From Chrysomallon squamiferum (lineage: Eukaryota; Animalia; Mollusca), in contig CM022668.1 in assembly GCA_012295275.1 (NCBI GenBank), positions 620,001 through 684,000 of the forward strand: DNA of 64,000 nucleotides, written 5' to 3'. Made by a program: the position numbers and the translations under genes. Under the pieces are notes generated by a model. That model saw only the letters and a list, made by a program, of their open reading frames with translations, did not search any database and was not told where the DNA came from. This document shows, in pieces, positions 54,420-64,000 of this stretch; positions within the stretch are counted from its first letter, which is position 1; each line of letters starts with the position of its first letter.

Positions 54420-54710
54420 TAGGTCGAGAATCCTTTATCCGGAATGCTTGGGACCGATTGTGTTTCGGATTTTCGAATACAAGGAGATAGCATGAGAACA
54501 GAATCTACGTCTAACTATGAATTCTATTTAATTTTCATATACAGTTTATACAGATAGATGCAAGATTATTTAACTAATATTTTTAATAATTTTGTGCATA
54601 AAATGACGTTTGTATGTGCACAAAAGTCCGAAAACTGACAGATATTATTATTTCAGGTGCTCGGAAAAGTTTCTGATTTCGGAATTCCGGATAAGGAATC
54701 TTCAATTCAT
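54420..54710 (+). mobile_element. Tigger/pogo-type MITE with decayed TIRs
   Basis: Left end (T)AGGTCGAGAATCCTTTATCCGGAAT and right end ATTCCGGATAAGGAATCTTCAATTC form an imperfect inverted repeat in a TA-rich context. Confidence 0.75.
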
Positions 54711-54866
54711 AATAATAATAATAGTAAAGAATAAACACAGTAATGAGTACAATATTAATAATGAAATATTTTGTGAGTGACGTACAACAAACGCGTCACA
54801 CAGTTAAAACAGTGCTAAGTGAGAATGATCTTGTTCACATTTGATATACTTCACGACGACTTTTAC

Positions 54867-55180
54867 CTAAGAAGTTAAATTTATTGTTGTTTCTGTCCAA
54901 GAGGTTTTGTCGTCCGCATCTGCAGTGCGAGCGAATGGTTCCGTGCCTTCGAGTTTCGTCGTCACTGGACTTTGCTCTCCCGAATATTGTCTATCTCCAG
55001 TACATACGACAACAGGATATTTATTCCTAAATGCATAAATATAAACACACACATACATCTATACTATAAGTATAAATCTCTAACAATTAACAAGAATCAG
55101 GTTAAATGGAATGTCATGAACGTACCTGGATTTTGAAAACTCGTTTTGTAAAATTTCTTAAATCTATTTTATGCCTTGGG
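54867..55180 (-). other. Putative 5' UTR exons of the synphilin-like gene (55026-54867 and ~55180-55126)
   Basis: Minus-strand donor CAG|GTACGT at 55126/55125, acceptor TTTAG|GAAT at 55026 and donor TAG|GTAAAA at 54867. All frames are closed. TATAAA at ~55206-55211 (minus). Confidence 0.45.
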
Positions 55181-55983
55181 AAGAGACGACAGAACCATAA
55201 ATTATGTTTATAAAGAGCACGCGCTGTCAAGTTTCCTAGACGACGGTAATCTATCTAACTGGGTATATGCTGATATTCGATACCATCGAGTCGTAAATAA
55301 ACTGATTTTTAATCTGCAGGCTGGTTTGTCATGCAAGTGTGGTTGAGTAAAATTACCAATATGATAGACAGGATAAACAAAGTGACTAGAATGTCATTCT
55401 TCTGTGGTTAATATGCTGCGATGATCTGCTTAAAATGCATTTCTCTCCCCAAGAGGAATTTTTAAAACGCTGCATACGCCTTTCCGCCAAAACTGAGAAA
55501 CCTTAATAAGACTGTTCCGTTTTGTAGTCAAACGAGTCATTACACCACGTACTAACTTAATCCAAAACGAATGTATGTGTGTATGTATGTATGGGTCTGT
55601 GCATGCATATATATACTGTAGCACGCGCGTGTGTGTATGTGTGTGTGTGTGTGTGCGTGTGTGTGATATTGCTTCAAGTGGCCTATATCCTATTTTAGAC
55701 AGAATGTTATATAGTATATCGCTAATCACACCAGCAGTTTTACTTTTAACGTTGACTCTAAGTTGAGATGTCCTAAAACATGAGAAAAAAACCCTGAGAA
55801 CCACAAAAGGGAATAAAAGAAGCGGCGCGGTAAAATTGCAGCGCACAGAAAAACTTAATGTGTTAATGCTTCCCCCCACCCACCACGTTGAACCAGATGC
55901 TATAGCACTCTGTTATCTGGACATCAGTAAACCTGCACAGGAAAACCGCACTGGAACAAACACCACTGGAACAAAAATCCACA

Positions 55984-56040
<57 letters not shown>

Positions 56041-57306
56041 AATAAATTAATTAATTAATTAATTAATTAATTAAACCACTGAAAAGAAGTGTTGCTCTCA
56101 AATATTTTCTTTATTGTTTTATCTTTTTATTTTAGGCTCTGTTGATTGATATTATGCTAATGAAACCAATAATGATAATATCAGTTGTTGATAACATCAT
56201 GCAGTTGCTAATTACGTCCTAATCGACTAGTATATAAAACTACAATTCTAAGTTCAGTCTCTAGTGTCACATACTAAATATGTTCTGATATATTACACAT
56301 ATACACTTCGATTCAGTCTTTATGACTAATCACTGCATCTGGTCCTGTCTTTATATTTGTAACCATCTTTCATTTTATCACTGTGTGTTTTTATATAATA
56401 CATTCCCCTGTCAAGTATTCTCACATCAAAATTAACATTCCTGTAAGGAAACATTACCAGTTTAAATTACATATCTATAATTTCGGTTTTAAAACAATAT
56501 AATATCAGTCACACAAAATAACATCGCAGAAACTTACGTACCAAGACTGCAAAGCCAACGCAGTGGACAAAACGGACTTAAAAACGTTACTTTCGTGTCA
56601 TGAAAATGATAAAAACATGTCGGCTAAAAAATATCTTTTGACAAATAAAAAATTCGACCTAGTTTTAGCTGTATGCGAGACCTGGCCATTGTGTTTGTAT
56701 TTCATGCATCAGTCGCCACAAACAGATTTTCTTTCGTGTAGAACTGACGTCAGGGAAGGTGGACACGCAGGGTTTTACTGTATAACTTGTGTCTGCTTCT
56801 TAATTTATTAACTGTATTCTTTAATTCAGAACCAACCAGCAATGTGGGGTTTTTTTTGTTGTTGTTGTGGTTGTTTGTTTATTTTTACTTTTATATATAT
56901 ATATTTGTAAATATATTTTGTTGTTGTTGTTGTTTGTTGTTTGTTGTTGTTGTTGTTTTTCACATCTGACTGCTCGATACATTGAAAGATATTATTAATT
57001 GTGATTGACTGTAATTTGACTGATCATCTTCAGTAACGTTACCTGATAGACAATGTATTGCTGGTATAACGATCAGTAAATCGGAATTAAAGTATATTGC
57101 AGCAAACAAATTTGTTACAAATTCGTAATACAAATTCACTTGGTCCTTTGCAGTTCTTGCTGGTTTCGGTAAAAATTAACCGCGGTACATTAGTATAAAA
57201 TTAATTAATAATATATTCGTAATTGCTGGTTCGCAAATTGTTTGAAGTAAACTTTTACAAATACTGACGACGACCGCTATGACTTTTCATTGGTTGGTAA
57301 TCATTA

Positions 57307-57317
57307 GGGGAATCCCC
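57307..57317. promoter_or_regulatory. Palindromic NF-kB site GGGGAATCCCC upstream of the TNFR-like gene
   Basis: Exact kB palindrome next to CATTGG. A likely first-exon donor CAG|GTATTT lies at 57373/57374. Confidence 0.55.
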
Positions 57318-57957
57318 ATCGTAAAAACAAAAACACGAAAATATCAGAAATAACCTGAATTCCGAATGTGCAGGTATTTATTTATTGGTTTCTTTACTGC
57401 TTATTATATATTTTTTATTATTATTATTAATACAATTTTTTCCAGTTAGCAAAATAAGAAGAAATAAATCATAATTTCATTGAGCGTTTTAAATAGTTTA
57501 CATGAATGATAAATATAGCCAAAACAAAGCAAAATATATTTAATATTATTATTATTTTTTTATTATTTTTTTTAAAATATATTTATTATTATTACTAATG
57601 CAGGTTCATTTTCATTTTGAAATATTTTTCTAATCAGACAAGATTCATATTTTAAACAGGTTTATTATTTACTATTAATATATATGTAACTGAACAGTAG
57701 CTCTAGTATAAAACATGTACAGACTACTCATTTCTGATGAAATATATTTATAGCCTGTACAAATTTATATATATACAGATTTGTTTCTTATTTTATAAAA
57801 TCTTCCTGTTTTTATAGTGGTCATTCTCCCATCACACTGAGTGTGTGTTAACAAAGAAATCTCTGCATGATGAACTGTCATCTGACAACAAACAGAAGAA
57901 AAAGATAAGAACAAAAATATTTGATTTGTTGTGCTAATTAGGAGTTGGGATTAACTA

Positions 57958-58160
57958 TGACAATTGTACATGTACAAAGTAACATTTGTACAAATTAAAA
58001 GTGTACATGTAAAAAGTGACGATTGTGTAAAAAGTAACAATTGTATGTATAAAAAGTAACAACTGTATATGTAAAAAGTAACAACTGTATGCATAAAAGT
58101 GAAAGCCGTAAAAACTCATCAATATATATATATTAAAAGTGACAACTAGACATGTAAACA
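57958..58160. repeat. Degenerate ~22-bp minisatellite immediately 5' of the TNFR-like start codon
   Basis: Repeated AAAAAGT(A/G)ACAA(T/C)TGTA(T/C)ATGT units. Confidence 0.75.
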
Positions 58161-58163
58161 AAG

Positions 58164-58519
58164 ATGTTTGTCCAGACAAAATGGAAGAGTTGTTCAGGTG
58201 AAATAGTCTGTGTGTTGTTTGTTGTAGTAGTTTTGTGTGTTGAGAACTTGGATTGTGTTAATGTGTTAGGTTTAGACAACTGCCCAGCTGTAGGAGAACA
58301 AGAGTACAAGGATCTGGAGATGAAATTTTGTCAGACAACTGAGAGACTGCATTGTCAGAAGTCTGGTGATTCCAGTGTTATTTCATTTTGTCACCAGCCA
58401 CGAGAGTGTGCTCCAGGTTAGTAGTGTATATCTACTTCTTTTTGTGTCTGCCTGTCTGTCAATCTGTCTATACATACATACATACACACACACATACATA
58501 CATACATACATACATACAT

Positions 58520-58554
<35 letters not shown>

Positions 58555-61500
58555 ATACAGACATACATACATATGCACATGCACATAAACATGTATTTAA
58601 AATATGTTTTTACTATTTTATTTTCAGGATCGTATGCTAGACTCTATCCAGATGAGGCTATTAAGTGTGAATTGTGTCCTGCCGGGTCCTATCAGCCAGT
58701 GGGGAGAGCATCATACTTGTTTATCTTTCCTGTGTGCAGCCACCGACACAGGACATGTGAAACGAATGGCAAAAAGATGTGTAAGGAGGGTACACCTATA
58801 GAGGACACAAAGTGTAGCTGTGACTATCAACAACAGTATGCCCCATCACCAGAAAACTGTCACTGTTTTACCGTCAATGAACCATGCCAGTGCTTAAAAA
58901 GTAATTGTGAAGGGAAATTCAATTCAAGTGAGTTTTATCTTGTAAAAACTGATTATTAAAAATAGGCAAACTCCATGTTGAATACAAAGTTCTTTACTGG
59001 AAAAAGATTTACACTGATATTATTAACCTTTACTGAAATAAAATAATAATGTGTGACATATAAATGTGATCGTGATAAGTAGTCTAAATACATTTTTGTT
59101 CAAATAGCTGACTTGTTGTATTCTTGTGGTGTTATTAACATAAATTAAAAACATTTTTATATGTATACATTACTGCTTTATTCATTTCAATTATCAACTA
59201 AAAAATGTTTATAGTTTAATGTTAGTTGTTAAAGAATAAATAAATAAAATAACACTAATTTTTGACATGTGTTTGTTTTTAAATTTAATTTTTGTTTATT
59301 TCCAGATTTTCAGTGTGTCCTTGATACTACAACAACTGAAAAATCAACAACAGAGTCTGCAGGGTTTGTTGTTGTGTTTTTGTATGTGTGTGTTTATGCA
59401 TGCATGAAACTGATGAATATGTATATATTTCGTTATAGATAAAGTGATAGCATTAATTTGTATAGTGTGTATGTATAGCTTTGTACATAGTATGTGTTTG
59501 TGTTTGTATATGTAATGTCTGGGTAAGATAGTAATTTACAAACGGAGATGTAATTAAGATGCTGAAAATATTCTAAAATGTGTTGACTGACATTTATTTT
59601 TATTTTTATTCTAATTTTTCAGGACAGCCAGAAAGCCATCAGTATCTGGTAACATAAAACTTCTCTAACTTTTGTTATCTCTCTTTTATTTTTGATCAGT
59701 CTGTCAGTCCGTCTTTTGATCTCTCTCTCTCTCTTTCCAGTAATATGACCAGTAAACAATGTTTTTTCAAAAATAACCTCAGCCCCAAATATCACAAATT
59801 GGTCAAGACTGGTAAAAAGAGAACATTTTCCCAGCACTGATATTATAAAATATATATACTTTTTAATAGTTTCTAGTGCTTATTAGAAATAAACAAATCA
59901 GTTTCCTCATGTTCTTCTTTTAGAGTGAAAATTCATATTCGGTTCTTTTTCAGTTCATGATTTACGGGAATTTCATATTACATTTTTTATTAATTATTTA
60001 TGTTGCAAGTAAATTTGAAAATATTTTTTAATTACTATTTAAATACATTTTCAATTTTTTTTAGAAAAAGAAGAAAGAACTAATAATGTTGGCATGATTG
60101 TAGGTATCGTGTCCAGTATTATAGTAATTGTTGCATTTATCACAGGTTTTGGAGTAGTATGTCATAAAAAAGGTGAGCATATCTAACTTCTTAATTAAAC
60201 ATTTATTTTGTAACTAGTCCAGTAGATGTGTGCAGGAAATGCCAAAACCTGTAACAAAATGGCTGCTTCTGGTAAGAGCCGGGAGGGGTGTATGAATATC
60301 AACCTTTTAGTTCTGATGATTTTGTATGACCAAAGTGCTTAATTTGAATATATTCAAAATGTATTATAGGCACATATAATGTGCCTTCAGAATTACATAA
60401 TTATGATGTGGCAGAGAGACAGTGAGCATGCTAAAAAGCATAGGATATTAAAATAACTGCACATGTTGAATACTCAGACTCATTTCAGTTAAGATCACTT
60501 GAATTTAATATAAGGTTCCTTTTGTCTGATCTCAAAGTTGATATAACTGGTCAGTGTATCATACAGAATGTGTTGTTACACCTATCCCTTTCAGTCTAGG
60601 AATGCAGATGCATCATTTGTATGATTCAATATTCAATATTTTAACAGCCACTGATTGTGCTTGTCATCCGATGAAATTTAGCAATTGTCATGAGAGCTAC
60701 TTAATATCAGGTCATCTTGGATTCTGTTCTGCTGACACTGTCCACCATAACTTCCACACATTATATAAGGAGCAACATTTCATTAACAGTGACAAATACA
60801 CTAGAGGTGAAATGACAGCAGTGTTAGCTAGATTCTCATATCCATTCCAACGCTAAGATTGGAATCTGATATGATAATGATAGAGCTGTGAAGTTAGTAC
60901 CAGCTATTCTTAAAAAAACCTGTCAAAATATCTTTGAATATTCTTTTAAAAGAGCAGACCCAGTTAGAGTAGGGAGACAAAAGATTATCTGTAAAGAAAC
61001 TTTTGTTGTCCAAGCGGATCATCAGATCCTCTTTCTACACCTTTCTGTAGCTTATAGAAAGGATTTATTAATCTCTATTTGACATCTGTGGACATTTTCA
61101 AGAACAACCTACAACATTCCTCTAGATGATACCTATAAGGACATTTGTGAGAAGTATGTTGGTCACTTCAAAGGAAATTATAATAATCCTATCACAGTAT
61201 TCACAAGATCCATACAGCAAATATGTCACCCATGAATGAGAGAACAAAGGGATCCAACAATTTTCATTCTCAGCAAAAATGCCTATGACTAGAAAAACAA
61301 AAAAAAAAAAAATAAAATGGTCTTGGCCAACACTAAAAACAAGCCACAGTTCATCAGTTTGTTGATGGTAAAACATGGAAGACAAATTCATCTGCAGATG
61401 GTAATTCTGCTGGTTGATAGTGAAAACAGCTGTTAAATATTGTACTTTTATCTGCACCCATCTAATATGTGAAGATACAAATCTACTTGTAATGTTTTGT

Positions 61501-63248
61501 TGCAGTGATTTTAATAATGGGCTTTTCTTTTATCTGGGAGGGGAAAAGCAAAGATGCTAAGTTCAAAATATTTCTTGAGATGGGCTTGAGGCAACAGGCT
61601 GAAAAGGTTAGGAGAATGAGTTCTTGTCTTGTTATTTGGAAAACTGGAAAACTGGAAAAGCACTGGAAAGCCAGAAAGTTTTATGAAAGGATGGCCACCT
61701 GTGTGAAATGTGTTTAGACATATTACTTACAAAGTTTTTATTTTCAAACCAGGTTTGAATGAGTTCACAGATCATGTTGAATACATTTCTGCTTCTGAAA
61801 AATATGGATACCAGAGTATCTCATGAAAAAAGTTGAACACAACTGGTTCATCATGGAGTAATACTGCTTGTGTTACTGTTAATGGTGAACATGAAGAATC
61901 AGAAAAAGAGTAACAAGAGGTTCTTGAAAATATAAGCATTTATGCCATCCCCCTCTGTGCCTCTAATGATGGGTCAGCATTGTATATGTAAAAGTGAATG
62001 AAACTGCTTGTGTTCTAACATGTAAATGATTGAATAACAGCACTGAGATAAAAGATGATCTGAACAGAGGCAGGAAAGAAAGTTGACCTAAGTTCATACA
62101 TTACAGTGGTGATCATTTGTCCAGATAAATTGTGTCATTCATGTCAATTACTGCTGTCAGCAGTGCCACACAAAAATTTGGAAAGCATATTTTGGTTCTT
62201 TAATTTCATTTTCCTATCTGCCAGTAATTCATTTATGGCCTCTGCAGGACTTGGTGGCAGCCATTTTGAATTTATACAAATTTTGTACTTGCAGTTGAAA
62301 CACTTCCGTCAACACATTTTTAAAATATCAGAGTAGATATAATTTAAAAATATTTACTTTTTAAATTTCAGGAGGTTTCAAGAGGGTTAAAACATTTTGT
62401 ACTAAAAAAGATAAGAAGGATAAAGGTAAGGAAATAAGTGGAAACTAAAGATGCTGTATTTATGTATATATTGATATTACCATATTATACATTTATATAT
62501 ATGAACTGGTGTGGCTCTGTGTGTAAGTCAGTGTTTGACATCAAACATTTTGAGCATATCCCAGTTGGATACAAACATTTCAGAATCATATATCTGACTG
62601 TAAGGTATGATTACATGGCTGATGTTCAAAGGTCAAGCAAACCAATTTTTAGTTTTTTAAGTTTAAATATGGCCGAATTAGTTGAAAACATTTTATAATG
62701 GTTACTTTGCCTTTCTGTGTCTTTGTCAACTTAATCAGTAGGCCTAAGGAACACGTAGACTGTTTCACATCATTACTGGAATACCAGTTCATTCAGACTA
62801 ATATAACATTTGCGGTTTCAGTTAGGCGGTTGTGATCAAATTGTTATTACCCATCAAATATTGGTTACAAGCTAAAACATACTGTTACTTGACTTTGCCT
62901 GCAAATAATATCTATCATTGCTTCAGCAAAAAGTAAAAATTCAGATATTATAACATATCCAGCTGGCATACTGATATTTTGATCTCTGGCACCCAAAAAT
63001 AAAATCTCGGATACTGGGTAAACATTTCTCAAACACTTTACATGCATTAATTAAGACTGCTATTTATTTGTTGATGTATGTGTTTGATGGATACAGGCTG
63101 TTACGTGACCAAGGTTATTAGTTTACCTAAAGAGTGTTGTAATTACAAGTAAAACAAAACTAGATTATCATCAGTGTGCTTGAGGTTTTGTGTGGTTATT
63201 TGATCTATATATATATATATATGTGGTGTGTATGTATGAATACATTCA

Positions 63249-63279
<31 letters not shown>

Positions 63280-64000
63280 CATACATACATACATACATAC
63301 ATACATACATACATACATACATACATACATACATTGTTGTTTATACATACATACAGTATACATACAGTTTCATACATAGGTTGTGTTTTTGTTTATTGTT
63401 TCTATATATTGTGTTTACATACATACATTGTGTTTTTTTGTTGTTTTCTAGTATAGGTTTTTGTTTTTGTTGTTGTTTCTAGTATAATACAGTTGTTGTT
63501 TCTGTAACTTGGGATAAGTTTTTGTTGTTGTTTTTTTTTGTTGTTGTTTCTAGTATAGGTTGTGTTTATAACGTGGAATAATGGGTTTTTTTTTGTGTTT
63601 TTGTTGTTGTTTCTAGTATAGGTTGTGTTTTTGTTGTTGTTTCTATGCATGGTTGAAAGATTTGACCCATTGTTTTTTATGCAGGGTGAAAAGATTAGGA
63701 CTCATTAATTTCTTTACCAAGCAGGATATTCTTTGTATTATTTAAAATAAAATAAAATTTATAAATATCTGAAAATATAGTGTTCCCATAAAAATTCTAA
63801 AATATATGGTTTTTAAATAAAAGTATTCTAAAGTTTTGTTAATTTGTAGGATATTGAGAAAATGTGGAGGTTATTTTTCTTTTCTTCTCATTTAAGAGGA
63901 AAATATAATTAACAACTCTTCTGATTTTGCTATTCAGGTAAGACGAAGGTGATCAACATAGTGAACAATGGAGGAACTCAGTATGTTCAAACTGAAAAGA
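58164..64000 (+). CDS. TNF receptor superfamily-like type I membrane protein (3' incomplete)
   Basis: In-phase exons 58164-58416, 58628-58927, 59306-59363, 59623-59648, 60065-60172, 62372-62425, 63938->64000. Features: signal peptide IVCVLFVVVVLC; TNFR-type Cys-rich domain ECAPG..CELCPAGSYQP..CSHRHRTCETNGKKMCKEGTPIEDTKCSC; Thr/Ser stalk TTTTEKSTTES; TM helix VGMIVGIVSSIIVIVAFITGFGVVC followed by basic HKKGGFKR. Confidence 0.85.
60560..62100. mobile_element. Heavily decayed non-LTR retrotransposon RT remnants in TNFR-like intron 5
   Basis: Frameshifted peptide traces: minus strand RIQDDL..LLNF (~60670-60725, CR1/L2-like RT C-terminus) and plus strand KYG.PEYL..SNTACVTVNGE (~61800-61890, RT core-like). 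Non-repetitive sequence of higher complexity than the other introns. Confidence 0.4.
63375..63655. repeat. Degenerate tandem repeat TTGTTGTTTCTAGTATAGGTTGTGTTT
   Basis: Five to six imperfect copies in TNFR-like intron 6. Confidence 0.7.

Overview
AT-rich, microsatellite-dense animal genomic DNA with GT-AG introns. It is probably molluscan, inferred from SINE tails and gene content. I assembled four spliced genes by hand: (1) complete 11-exon UCHL5/UCH37 (+, 329 aa); (2) complete NR1-subfamily nuclear receptor of E75/Rev-erb type with a ~590-aa C-terminal tail (-, 938 aa); (3) 9-coding-exon ankyrin-repeat protein resembling synphilin-1 (-, 865 aa); (4) TNF-receptor-superfamily type I membrane protein (+, runs off the window end) with a palindromic NF-kB site upstream. 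The window also holds a tRNA-Leu(AAG), hAT and Tigger/pogo MITEs, decayed SINE/LINE pieces and several minisatellites. The first ~20 kb has no supportable CDS. The most striking unexplained structure is a ~1-kb inverted repeat (30.5-31.5 kb / 41.5-42.6 kb) with an old diverged layer and a recently homogenised core. It encloses all coding exons of the nuclear receptor but not its putative promoter or first exon, which is the geometry of an invertible cassette. Most short ORFs in the supplied track are microsatellite artefacts.
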